DNA of 64,000 nt from Candidatus Limnocylindria bacterium (GTDB lineage Bacteria; Chloroflexota; Limnocylindria; QHBO01), in assembly GCA_036397815.1 (NCBI GenBank), contig DASWIE010000062.1, positions 4,397 through 68,396 of the forward strand. Direction: 5' to 3'. The translations under genes were made by a program, and so were the position numbers. Of this stretch, positions 19,892 to 28,368 are shown in pieces. Position 1 is the stretch's first letter. Each line of letters begins with the position of its first letter. The notes beneath the pieces were generated by a model. That model was not told where the DNA came from. It searched no databases and saw only the letters and a program-made list of their open reading frames with translations.

Positions 19892-21376
19892 TCACATCCG
19901 ACGGAAGAGCGGCGCGAGCGCGGGGTAGAGCTCGCGATACACGGCATGTGCCTCGGCATAGACCGATGCGTCCCGGCCAGGCGTGGCAGCCCGGGTCGCC
20001 GTGACCAGCGCGTCGACAGCTGATTCCACGCTCGGGAACCATCCAGCTCCCACCGCCGCCAGCAGGCCGGCCCCATAGGCGGCACCCTCCGACGTGCCGA
20101 CAGTGGCGATCTCGGCGTCGAGGACGTCGGCCAAGATCTGCCGCCACAGCTCGCTGGCCGTCCCGCCGCCAGACGCGCGGATCTGGGTTGGGATCGGCAT
20201 GCCGGCGGCGAGCATGAGGTCGAGGCCATCGCGCAGGCCGAACGCTACCCCCTCGAGCACAGCTCGAGCCAGGTGTCGCCGATCGTGGGCCAGCGTCAAC
20301 CCCACGAACGCGCCCCGCGCCAATGGATCGGGATGGGGGCTGCGCTCCCCGCTGAGGTACGGCAGAAAGTAGAGACCGCCGCTGCCGGCCGGCGCGCCCG
20401 CCGCGGTGCCCACCAGCTCCGTGAAGTCGACGCCGGGTGCCACGGCGTCCCGGAACCAGCGCAGGCTGCCGGCGGCGGAGAGCATTACCGACATGAGATG
20501 CCAGCGCCCGGGCACCGCATGACAGAAGGCATGAACCCGCCCCTGAGGCTCGTACAGCGGTCGATCGGTGGCACCGAAGACGACTCCCGAGGTCCCGAGC
20601 GAGAGGGCAACCGTGCCCGGCCGAACAGCCCCGACACCGACCGCGTTGGCCGACTGATCGCCTCCGCCGGCGACGACCGGCGTGCCGCGCCGCAACCCCG
20701 TGGCCGCAGCTCCATCGGGACTGATCACGCCGGTGACCTCGGGCCCTTCCCACGTTGGCGGCAGCCACTCGGGATTGATCTCGAGGGCGGCCAGGATCTC
20801 CGGCGACCAGTTCCGGCCGGCGAGGTCGAAGAGGAGGGTGCCGGCGCCATCGGCCTTGTCCAGGGCGTGCTCGCCGGTGAGCTGCAGCCGAACGTAGTCT
20901 TTCGGCAGCAGCACATGGGCAATGCGGCCCCATACCTGCGGCTCGTGGTCGCGGACCCATACCAGCTTCGGAGCGGTGAACCCGGTGAGGGCATCGTTGC
21001 CCGTGATCTGGATCAGCCGCTGCGCGCCGACCGCCTCGCGGATAGCATCGCACTCGGGGCCGGTCCGCTGATCGTTCCACAGGATTGCCGGGCGCAGCAC
21101 TTCGCCCGCGATGTCGAGCAGGACGAGGCCGTGCATCTGCCCCGTCAACCCGACAGCGGCAATCTCGCGCCCCGTGACGCCCGCGGATGCCAGCCCCGCC
21201 CCAATGGCGGCGATGGCGCCATCCCACCACTGGCGCGGCTGCTGCTCGCTCCACAGCGGCTTCGGCGCGCTGAAGTCGTACTCGGAGACGCCGATGCCGC
21301 GCACCACGCCCGACTCGTCGACCAGGATCGCCTTGGTGGCAGTCGTCGATATGTCGAGGCCCAGGACGTGACCCAT
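19892..21376 (-). CDS. xylB: Xylulokinase (FGGY family)
   Basis: 494 aa. FGGY N- and C-domains (LGLDISTTATKAILVD; VVAGGGDQSANAVG; IRASGGGTASELWRQILADV). Directly downstream of xylA. Confidence 0.9.
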   Translation of the reverse strand: MGHVLGLDISTTATKAILVDESGVVRGIGVSEYDFSAPKPLWSEQQPRQWWDGAIAAIGAGLASAGVTGREIAAVGLTGQMHGLVLLDIAGEVLRPAILWNDQRTGPECDAIREAVGAQRLIQITGNDALTGFTAPKLVWVRDHEPQVWGRIAHVLLPKDYVRLQLTGEHALDKADGAGTLLFDLAGRNWSPEILAALEINPEWLPPTWEGPEVTGVISPDGAAATGLRRGTPVVAGGGDQSANAVGVGAVRPGTVALSLGTSGVVFGATDRPLYEPQGRVHAFCHAVPGRWHLMSVMLSAAGSLRWFRDAVAPGVDFTELVGTAAGAPAGSGGLYFLPYLSGERSPHPDPLARGAFVGLTLAHDRRHLARAVLEGVAFGLRDGLDLMLAAGMPIPTQIRASGGGTASELWRQILADVLDAEIATVGTSEGAAYGAGLLAAVGAGWFPSVESAVDALVTATRAATPGRDASVYAEAHAVYRELYPALAPLFRRM

Positions 21377-21379
21377 CGA

Positions 21380-22732
21380 TCAGCGTTCAGGCCGATCCGC
21401 GGCCCAGATCTCCTGGTTCACGAGGTTCTCGAGGAGCTCCTGCCGGCCCGATACCGGACGCGGATCGATCTCGCCGCCCGCGACCCGGTCTTCGAGCGCC
21501 GCCAGCGAGAGGTCGCCGCTCAGGATCGACGCCCCAAGGTCTGACGTCCAGCCCGCGTAGCGAGCGTCGCGCCGCTCCTGCAACGTGCGCCGCTCGAACA
21601 TCGCGGCAGCGGCCACCAGCGCCTGCGCCAATGTGTCCATCCCGCCGATGTGCGCATGGAACAGATCGGTCCGATCAAGGCTCTGACGACGCAGCTTTGT
21701 GTCGAAGTTGAAGCCGCCGGTCGTGAAGCCACCGGCCGCGAGGATCTCGTGGAGCGCCAGCGCCAGCTCCTCGACCGAGTTCGGGAACTGGTCGGTGTCC
21801 CAGCCGTTCTGGTAGTCGCCGCGATTGACGTCGACACTGCCGAAGACGCCCAGGGCGATGGCCGTGGCAACCTCGTGATGGAAGCTGTGCCCCGCCAGCG
21901 TGGCATGGTTGACCTCGATGTTGACGCGGTACTCGCCCTCGAGACCGTGGCGCGCGAGGAAGCCGTGCACCGTCGCCGTGTCGTAGTCGTACTGGTGTTT
22001 GGTCGGCTCCTGGGGCTTGGGCTCGAGCAGCAGGGCGCCCTCGAAGCCGATCCTGTGCTTGTGCTCGGCGACCAGGGTCAGGAAGCGGGCGAGCTGGGCC
22101 GTCTCGCGGGCGAGATCGGTGTTGAGCAGCGTCTCATACCCCTCGCGGCCACCCCACAGCACGTAGTTCGCGCCGCCGAGCCGCTGGGTTGCCTCGAGCA
22201 TCACCTTGACCTGTGCCGCTGCGTACGCGAACACCTCCGGATCCGGGTTGGTGGCCGCCCCGGCCGCGTAGCGCGGGTGACTGAACAGGTTGGCCGTACC
22301 CCACAACAGCTTTGCCCCGGTGCGAGCCATGTGCTGCTCAATGTGGATGACCATCGCCTCCAGGTTCGACCTGGACTCCGCGAAGCTTCCGCCTTCCGGG
22401 GCAACGTCCCGATCGTGGAAGCAGAAGAAGGGCGCGCCCAACTTCTCAATGAACTCGAACGCGGCATCGACCTTCGTCCTGGCGGCGCCCATCGGGTCGT
22501 CAGTTGGCAGGAGCCACGGTCGATCGAAGGTGCCGGCGCCGAAGACGTCGGAGCCCGGCCAGTTGAACGAATGCCACAGGCAGATGGCGATCCGCAGCTG
22601 ATCCTCCATGCGCCGGCCGAGCACCAGTCGCTCAGGATCGTAGACCTTGAACGAGAGCGGATTGGTCGATGCCAGTCCGCCGAAGGGAATCGGCTCGGCG
22701 ACGTCTACGAAGAAGGGACCGCCAACCTTCAC
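21380..22732 (-). CDS. xylA: Xylose isomerase (class II)
   Basis: Motifs [35 protein letters not shown]. Start moved from 22774 to GTG 22732, which is preceded by AAGGAGG 6 nt upstream. Confidence 0.9.
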   Translation of the reverse strand: MKVGGPFFVDVAEPIPFGGLASTNPLSFKVYDPERLVLGRRMEDQLRIAICLWHSFNWPGSDVFGAGTFDRPWLLPTDDPMGAARTKVDAAFEFIEKLGAPFFCFHDRDVAPEGGSFAESRSNLEAMVIHIEQHMARTGAKLLWGTANLFSHPRYAAGAATNPDPEVFAYAAAQVKVMLEATQRLGGANYVLWGGREGYETLLNTDLARETAQLARFLTLVAEHKHRIGFEGALLLEPKPQEPTKHQYDYDTATVHGFLARHGLEGEYRVNIEVNHATLAGHSFHHEVATAIALGVFGSVDVNRGDYQNGWDTDQFPNSVEELALALHEILAAGGFTTGGFNFDTKLRRQSLDRTDLFHAHIGGMDTLAQALVAAAAMFERRTLQERRDARYAGWTSDLGASILSGDLSLAALEDRVAGGEIDPRPVSGRQELLENLVNQEIWAADRPER

Positions 22733-22787
22733 GACCGTCCTCCTTGGGCTAATCCTGTGTCCCTGAACTATCACATAGGATCATCGG

Positions 22788-24341
22788 ATGCGGATGATCG
22801 TCGGCCTCCCGCGGTGGGCGCGATACAGCGTCGCACTGCTCAGCGTGGGGGCGGTCACAGCAGTCATCGCCGCGCTCGGACCGTTGCACCTGGCGAATGC
22901 CTCGACGCTGTACCTGGTTGTCGTACTGCTCGCCGCGGTGGGCCTCGGGCGCGGCCCCGCCATCCTCTCCGCCTTCGCCGCCTTTCTTACCACCAACTTC
23001 TTCTTGGTGGAGCCGCGGTTCACCTTTGCGGTGGCAAACCCCGAGGAGTGGATCACCCTTCTCCTCCTGCTTCTGACGGCCGTGATCACCGGACAGGTGG
23101 CAGCCGGGCAGGAGCGGCGTGCGGAAGAGGCGGAAGAGCACGCCCGTGCGGGGCGGCTGCTGTACGAGGTCGCTCTGCTGATGGCCGAGCCGAACCTGGG
23201 TCGAGCCGTCGAGTCGGTCGCTGAGCGTGTCCGCACCGAGCTTGCGGTTCCCGCGGTCCGGGTCGAAGTCGTTGGGTCCGATGGCGTGCGCCGGGCAACG
23301 GCGAGCGCCGGAGACGCGGAGGCGCTTGAGGCGCTCGAGCTCGGCATCGGAGGTGGCAGCGAGGTGCTGGTGCCTGCTGGCGCAGCCGCCAGTGGCGACT
23401 CGTCGAGCCGGTGGGTGCGCGTCCGTCCCCCGCACGGCCGCCTGGGAGGCGCGCGCCAGCATCGGCTGCTGCGCGTTCCGATCCGGGCGCCACACGGCAA
23501 CGCCGGCGAGATCGCACTGGCAATAGCGCCGCAGGGCGACCTCGACCCGGCCTCGATTCGGATGCTCGAGGCTCTCTCACCGCAGCTGTGGTCAGCCGTC
23601 GAGCGCGCCCGGCTCCGCGACGAGGCGACGCAGGCGGAGGTCGCGCGGCGCGCCGACCAGGCGAAGTCCGCCCTTCTTGACGCCGTCTCTCACGACCTGC
23701 GCACCCCGCTCTCCTCAATCATCGCCTCCGCCGGCAGCCTGCTCCAATCGGACGTCGATTGGCCGCATGATGAGCGTCGGGGCTTCGCACAGGCGATCGA
23801 GCAGGAGGCCCAGCGGCTGGATCGGATCGTCGGCAACCTGCTGGACCTGAGCCGGCTCGAGAGCGGAGAGCTGCGGCCGGATCGGGGTTGGTACGAGCCG
23901 ATCGCGCTGATCCATGACGTGGTCGGGCGGCTGCGACCGCTGATCGGGACTCATCCGATCAGGCTCGACCTTCCCGAAGAGCTGCCCCCGGTGCTGCTCG
24001 ATTACTCCAAGGTCGACCAGGTGCTCTCCAACCTGGTCGAGAACGCCGCCAAATACTCGCCGCCCGGAGCCGAGATCGCAATCACCGCGGCCGTGACCGA
24101 TGGGACGCTGCGCGTGACCGTCACCGACGATGGGACGGGCATCGCTGCCGAGGCGCTCCCGCATCTGTTCGAGCCGTTCTTCCGGGGCAGCCGAGCCCGG
24201 CCGCAGAGTGGATCGGGCCTTGGGCTGGCGGTCGCACGCGGGTTGGTGGAGGCGCACCGAGGCCGCATCTGGGCCGAGAATCGACCTGGAGGCGGGGCCA
24301 GCTTCAGCTTCGACATCCCAGGCAATGGGACCACGCCGTGA
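22788..24341 (+). CDS. kdpD: Sensor histidine kinase, KdpD C-terminal-half type (DUF4118 TM block, linker, HisKA, HATPase); lacks the KdpD N-terminal and Usp domains
   Basis: 517 aa. DUF4118-like 4-TM block (NASTLYLVVVLLAAVGLGRGPAI...FFLVEPRFTFAV). H-box AVSHDLRTPL, N-box NLVENAAKYSP, G-boxes DDGTGI and GSGLGLAV. 4-nt overlap with kdpE. Confidence 0.75.
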   Translation: MRMIVGLPRWARYSVALLSVGAVTAVIAALGPLHLANASTLYLVVVLLAAVGLGRGPAILSAFAAFLTTNFFLVEPRFTFAVANPEEWITLLLLLLTAVITGQVAAGQERRAEEAEEHARAGRLLYEVALLMAEPNLGRAVESVAERVRTELAVPAVRVEVVGSDGVRRATASAGDAEALEALELGIGGGSEVLVPAGAAASGDSSSRWVRVRPPHGRLGGARQHRLLRVPIRAPHGNAGEIALAIAPQGDLDPASIRMLEALSPQLWSAVERARLRDEATQAEVARRADQAKSALLDAVSHDLRTPLSSIIASAGSLLQSDVDWPHDERRGFAQAIEQEAQRLDRIVGNLLDLSRLESGELRPDRGWYEPIALIHDVVGRLRPLIGTHPIRLDLPEELPPVLLDYSKVDQVLSNLVENAAKYSPPGAEIAITAAVTDGTLRVTVTDDGTGIAAEALPHLFEPFFRGSRARPQSGSGLGLAVARGLVEAHRGRIWAENRPGGGASFSFDIPGNGTTP

Positions 24342-25057
24342 GCCAACCCGGACGAGCCAGAACCGGGGCGCGCATCCTCGTGATCGAGGACGAGCCGGCC
24401 ATCCGCCTTGCGGTTGAGCGGAACCTGACCGGCCACGGGTTCGACGTGCGCGGGATCGACTCGGCCGAGGGCGGATTGGAGCTCGAGACCCGCTTCCATC
24501 CGGACCTGGTGCTGCTCGACCTCGTGCTTCCGGACGTCGAGGGATTCGAGGTCATCCAACGTCTGCGCTCCCGGAGCAGCATCCCCATCATCGTCCTTTC
24601 CGTGCGCGGCGCCGAGCAGGACAAGGTTCGAGCGCTCGAACTCGGAGCTGACGATTACCTGACGAAGCCATTTGGGGTCGACGAGCTGTTGGCGCGCATC
24701 CGCGTTGCCCTACGGCACGCGGCGCGGTCTGGCAGCGGCCCGGACCCGATCTTCCGCAGTGCCGAGCTGCAGGTGGACCTTGAGCGTCGGGCGGTGACGG
24801 TGGCCGGCCGGCCCGTGCACCTGACGCCCACCGAATACGCGCTGCTGGGGGCGTTGATCGCCGCGGCCGGGCGCGTCCTGACCGACCGCGCGTTGCTGCA
24901 GCGGGTGTGGGGCCCCGAGTACGGCTCCGAGGACCACTACCTGCACGTGTACATGGCCAGGCTGCGCAAGAAGCTCGAGCGCGATCCCGCCAACCCGCGC
25001 TACCTGCGCACCGAAGCCGGGGTCGGCTATCGGCTGCTGGAGCTGGAGACCGGCTGA
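24338..25057 (+). CDS. kdpE: OmpR-family response regulator, KdpE-like
   Basis: 239 aa. Receiver domain (ILVIEDE, DLVLLDLVLPD, TKPF). Winged-helix C-terminus HYLHVYMARLRKKLERDPANPRYLRTEAGVGYRL, closely matching the KdpE C-terminal pattern. Confidence 0.85.
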   Translation: MSQPGRARTGARILVIEDEPAIRLAVERNLTGHGFDVRGIDSAEGGLELETRFHPDLVLLDLVLPDVEGFEVIQRLRSRSSIPIIVLSVRGAEQDKVRALELGADDYLTKPFGVDELLARIRVALRHAARSGSGPDPIFRSAELQVDLERRAVTVAGRPVHLTPTEYALLGALIAAAGRVLTDRALLQRVWGPEYGSEDHYLHVYMARLRKKLERDPANPRYLRTEAGVGYRLLELETG

Positions 25058-25065
25058 GGGCTGAT

Positions 25066-25083
25066 GGCCGCGGCGACGCGGCC
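25066..25083 (+). terminator. GC-rich hairpin just after the kdpE stop
   Basis: GGCCGCG (25066-25072), loop GCGA, CGCGGCC (25077-25083). Followed by an AT-richer stretch (CAACAATATTG) but no clear U-tract. Confidence 0.4.
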
Positions 25084-25093
25084 GCCAACAATA

Positions 25094-25142
25094 TTGAGCC
25101 CATGTTGAGGCGATTCGGGCGCCTCGTTGACACGCCGTTGAG
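25094..25142 (+). promoter_or_regulatory. Four helically phased TTGA(G/C) direct repeats (candidate OmpR-family/KdpE binding array)
   Basis: TTGAG at 25094 and 25105, TTGAC at 25127, TTGAG at 25138. Offsets are 0, 11, 33 and 44 bp. Located between the kdpE hairpin and the first start codon of the downstream unit. Confidence 0.4.
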
Positions 25143-25145
25143 CGC

Positions 25146-25424
25146 GTGGCCGCCAGCATCGACGTCATGCTTTCACTCATCGACGGTGGGGCGGCGGCGC
25201 ACACCACCAGCTCGCTGCGGGCCGCCTGCGAGCTGCTCGGCGCTGCCGGCTCGGGTATCAGCAACGTCAGCGTCTCGGGGCGGCTGCCCGAGCCGGACGA
25301 GGGGACGCTTCCCGTCCTGGCCATAGCGCAGCGACTGGCCACCGAGTATCGGCTCGCCGTGCAGGTTCGCCTCGAGGCGGGCCGGTTCGAGGTCCTCTTC
25401 CGCCGGCCTCCATTGGAGAGCTGA
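25146..25424 (+). CDS. Hypothetical 92-aa protein (alternative start ATG 25167) coupled to the downstream transporter
   Basis: GC3 of this frame is about 87% (80 of 92 codons end in G or C, counted by hand), consistent with coding. The stop at 25422-25424 lies 1 nt before the transporter TTG start. The tail LAIAQRLATEYRLAVQVRLEAGRFEVLFRRPP resembles the end of a HATPase_c domain. Confidence 0.4.
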   Translation: MAASIDVMLSLIDGGAAAHTTSSLRAACELLGAAGSGISNVSVSGRLPEPDEGTLPVLAIAQRLATEYRLAVQVRLEAGRFEVLFRRPPLES

Positions 25425-25425
25425 C

Positions 25426-27468
25426 TTGTCGGAGTCTGATCCGCGGTCCAACCGGATCGACCCGCACCTGGAAGTCCGCGAGCGAAAGACGGGGAGGCGG
25501 CCGGGAGACGCGTACGTCCGCATCGTCAGGCCGTTCGATGCGGAGTTCGAGCAGGGGGCCAACGGCCACCTGGTGGCGACCAGCGAGACCCTGGTCGGTT
25601 CACCCGGATTCTCGCGGGTGCTGGCCCGCGTGCGCGGCTTCCTGATCGGCCGGCCGATCTCCAGCGAGCGCGAAGAGCACGAGCGCCTCACCAAGGTGAA
25701 GGCGCTGGCCGTGTTCAGCAGCGACAACATCAGCTCATCGGCCTATGCGACCGAGGAGATGATGCGGGTGCTGGTGGTGGCCGGTGTCGGTGCCTTCAGC
25801 CTGGTGATGCCGTTGACGTTCGTGATCGTGGTCGTCCTCGCGATCGTCGCAACCTCCTACCGCCAGACGATTCGAGCCTATCCGAATGGTGCGTCGAGCT
25901 ACATCGTCGCCTCGGACAACCTCGGGGCCCCGGCTGGCCTGGTCGCGGCGGGGGCCCTCCTGATCGACTACACGTTGACGGTGGCGGTGAGTGTGTCGGC
26001 CGGGGTGGCGGCGATCACCTCGATCGTGCCGGGCCTCTATCCGGAGCGCGTGTCACTGGCCGTCGTGATTGTGGTGCTGCTGACCCTGGGCAACCTGCGC
26101 GGCGTGCGGGAGTCAGGCACCATCTTCATGGCCCCCACGTACCTCTACCTGGTGGTGGTCCTGGGGATGATCGGCTTCGGGCTGGTCGGAGCGGTGGCAG
26201 GCTTCATCCCGCCTTACACGCCGCCACCGGACTGGCTGGCGGCCGAGACGGGCGGTGGCATCGGGGCCCTTGGCCTCCTGCTGGTATTGCGCGCCTTTTC
26301 GTCCGGGGCCGTCGCGCTCACCGGAGTCGAGGCCATCTCCGATGGTGTTCCCGCCTTCAAGCCCCCGGAGTGGCGGAATGCGCGTACCACACTCACCTGG
26401 GCGGCGATCCTGTTCGCCGTCCTGTTCATCGGCATCAGCTCGCTGGTCAGCCTGTTCGGCATCGTGCCGGACCCGAGCGAGCAGCAGACCGTGCTGAGCA
26501 TCCTGGCGCGCCACCTCACCGGCGACGGCTTCTTCCTGGTGCTGGTGCAGGTCTCGACCGCGCTGCTCCTGACGCTTGCCGCCAACACGAGCTTCGCGGA
26601 CTTCCCGCGCCTCTCCTCGTTCCTGGCGCGCGACGGGTTCATGCCACGGCAGTTCGGCTTCCGCGGGGACAGACTTGCCTTCTCGACCGGGATCGTCGCG
26701 CTTGCGGCCGTGGCGATCGTGCTGCTGCTCGCGTTCGGGGCATCGGTGAGCGCGCTGATCCCGCTCTATACGCTGGGTGTGTTCGTGGCCTTCACCCTGT
26801 CGCAGACCGGCATGGTGCGGCGCTGGTGGAGCCGCCGTGAGGCGGGCTGGCGACGTGGCCTGGCAATCAATGGACTCGGCGCTGCCACCACCGCCGTGAT
26901 CGTGCTCATCGTGGCGGTCAGCAAGTTCCTGGCGGGCGCATGGCTGGTGATGATCATGATCCCACTGCTGATCGCGCTGATGTGGGGCATCCACGTGCAC
27001 TACCGGCGCATGGAGCGAGCCGTCAGCGTGGAGGATCCGGGTGCGCGACTGAAGTCCAGGATCGCTCCACTGGTGATCGTCCCGATCGCCCGCCTGGACA
27101 GACCCTCGATCGAGGCCCTCGCCTTCGCGCGGTCGATCTCGTCCGACCCGTTGGCCGTGCACATCACCAACGACCCCTCCGCCGCCGCGGAACTCCGGCT
27201 CCGGTGGGCGGAGCTGCCCGAGCCGTCCGAGCTCGTGATCGTTGAGTCCCCGTACCGGGCCCTGATCGGACCGCTTCTGCGCTACCTCGACGCACTGCAG
27301 CGCCAGGATCCCAGTCGACGGCTACTCGTTGTGCTCTCGGAGGTGGTGCCCCAGCATTGGTGGGACAGCCTGCTGCACAACCAGACCGCACTGCGGCTCA
27401 AGCTGCGGCTCTTCTTCCGACCCAACACCATCGTCGCCGATGTCCCGTACCACGAGGCGAACGTCTAG
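25426..27468 (+). CDS. APC-superfamily permease with a C-terminal cytoplasmic domain, KimA(YdaO)-like candidate K+ transporter
   Basis: 680 aa with a TTG start. About 12 TM helices plus a soluble tail of about 190 aa. Motifs I associate with KimA-type proteins: KALAVFSSDNISSSAYATEE, SYRQTIRAYPNGASSYIV, LRAFSSGAVALTGVEAISDGVPAFK, LAANTSFADFPRLSSFLARDGFMPRQF, LHNQTALRLKLRLFF. Confidence 0.6.
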   Translation: MSESDPRSNRIDPHLEVRERKTGRRPGDAYVRIVRPFDAEFEQGANGHLVATSETLVGSPGFSRVLARVRGFLIGRPISSEREEHERLTKVKALAVFSSDNISSSAYATEEMMRVLVVAGVGAFSLVMPLTFVIVVVLAIVATSYRQTIRAYPNGASSYIVASDNLGAPAGLVAAGALLIDYTLTVAVSVSAGVAAITSIVPGLYPERVSLAVVIVVLLTLGNLRGVRESGTIFMAPTYLYLVVVLGMIGFGLVGAVAGFIPPYTPPPDWLAAETGGGIGALGLLLVLRAFSSGAVALTGVEAISDGVPAFKPPEWRNARTTLTWAAILFAVLFIGISSLVSLFGIVPDPSEQQTVLSILARHLTGDGFFLVLVQVSTALLLTLAANTSFADFPRLSSFLARDGFMPRQFGFRGDRLAFSTGIVALAAVAIVLLLAFGASVSALIPLYTLGVFVAFTLSQTGMVRRWWSRREAGWRRGLAINGLGAATTAVIVLIVAVSKFLAGAWLVMIMIPLLIALMWGIHVHYRRMERAVSVEDPGARLKSRIAPLVIVPIARLDRPSIEALAFARSISSDPLAVHITNDPSAAAELRLRWAELPEPSELVIVESPYRALIGPLLRYLDALQRQDPSRRLLVVLSEVVPQHWWDSLLHNQTALRLKLRLFFRPNTIVADVPYHEANV

Positions 27469-27473
27469 GCGGG

Positions 27474-27550
27474 TGGGGTGGCCTATGGGGGTCGAACCCA
27501 TAACCTTCGGATCCACAATCCGATGCTCTGCCGGTTGAGCTAAGGCCACC
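27474..27550 (-). tRNA. tRNA-His (anticodon GTG), with encoded G-1 and CCA
   Basis: 77-nt hand-folded cloverleaf: G(-1) GTGGCCT TA GCTC AACCGGCA GAGC A TCGGA TTGTGGA TCCGA AGGTT ATGGG TTCGACC CCCAT AGGCCAC C CCA. All stems are Watson-Crick. Confidence 0.95.
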
Positions 27551-27615
27551 ACGAGCCGGCCGGGATGGTCGGGCGGGCGATTCTCCCATGGGCCCATGGG
27601 AGCGTCAAACCTCGC

Positions 27616-27879
27616 TCAGTCGCGGGTCAGGCCGCGAATCAGCACCAGGACCAGCGCGGAGCCCAGGATGGCCAGCAGGAGCGCGCCCAGGAACCCCCCG
27701 GCCCGATCCTGCCCCAGCACAGAGGTCCACAGCCAGCCACCCAGCAGGCCGCCCACGATCCCGAGCAGGGTCGTGCCGAGGCAGCCCATTCGCTCGCGCT
27801 TCGGCACGAACCAGCCGGCCAAGACGCCGGCGAGGAAACCGATGACGATCCAGGCGATCGGGTCCAGGCCCTCGGGCAT
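27616..27879 (-). CDS. GlsB/YeaQ/YmgE-family (transglycosylase-associated) stress membrane protein
   Basis: 87 aa. Three Gly-rich TM helices (IVIGFLAGVLAGW, LLGIVGGLLGGWLW, GALLLAILGSALVL). Confidence 0.8.
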   Translation of the reverse strand: MPEGLDPIAWIVIGFLAGVLAGWFVPKRERMGCLGTTLLGIVGGLLGGWLWTSVLGQDRAGGFLGALLLAILGSALVLVLIRGLTRD

Positions 27880-27900
27880 GTCCGTATCCTACGACCGCCC

Positions 27901-28365
27901 TCAGTCGACCGGCAGCAGGAAGTCGACGACCACGGCGCCGTTGCGGACGACGGTCGGGAATCGTTGCAGGGGTGGATCCGCAGGATCGATCGGTACGCCC
28001 TCGTAGGTCCATGCGTCGCCCTCGCAATCGACCAGGCGGTCCGCACCGAGATTGACCTCACAGTCGTTGGTTGGGCTCCAGGCGTTGACCACCGTGTAGC
28101 GGCCAGTGCCGGTCTCCGGCGATATGACCACCGTGAGGCCGGCCCGCTCGCCGGATTCAACTTCCCCGAGCAGGCCGTGCGGCTCGTTGAGGACGATCTC
28201 GATCAGCTGCACTCCCTGGTCGGCCTGGGCCGTCGCAACGAGGCGGTAGTTGGCGTCGTCGAGCGGCGGCGCGAGGCTGAAGATGAGCGGCCGGACCAGC
28301 AGCATCAGGCCGACGAGGCCGGCGACAGCGAGCAGGGCGACGACGGCATACCGCGCGATCGGCAT
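27901..28365 (-). CDS. Membrane-anchored hypothetical protein (N-terminal TM plus beta-rich ectodomain)
   Basis: 154 aa. TM segment VVALLAVAGLVGLMLLV. No family recognised. Its ATG lies 3 nt after the upstream phosphoesterase stop. Confidence 0.55.
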   Translation of the reverse strand: MPIARYAVVALLAVAGLVGLMLLVRPLIFSLAPPLDDANYRLVATAQADQGVQLIEIVLNEPHGLLGEVESGERAGLTVVISPETGTGRYTVVNAWSPTNDCEVNLGADRLVDCEGDAWTYEGVPIDPADPPLQRFPTVVRNGAVVVDFLLPVD

Positions 28366-28368
28366 CGC

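Noticed and set aside
22733-22787. Apparent 13-nt gap between the divergent xylA (track start 22774) and the kinase start 22788, which would suggest overlapping promoters or a mis-assembly
   Set aside because: It is resolved by an internal GTG at 22732 with a strong AAGGAGG Shine-Dalgarno sequence. That start also matches the usual XylA N-terminus and leaves a normal 55-bp divergent spacer.
25058-25425. Possible c-di-AMP (ydaO-type) riboswitch upstream of the KimA-like gene, by analogy with Bacillus kimA
   Set aside because: I could not find the conserved ydaO elements (paired GGGGA/ACCC and GAAUCC-type strings, or the CAGCUAACCUCGUAAGC-like 3' segment). The region instead shows a coding-like GC3 bias. 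A covariance-model scan is still needed to be certain.
27901-28365. Resemblance of the 154-aa ectodomain (NDCEVNLGADRLVDCEGDAW...GAVVVD) to a Rieske fold with lost ligands
   Set aside because: The two Cys are only 11 residues apart, against 18-20 for CxH...CxxH. No His ligands are present. The resemblance is too loose to support a call without structure prediction.
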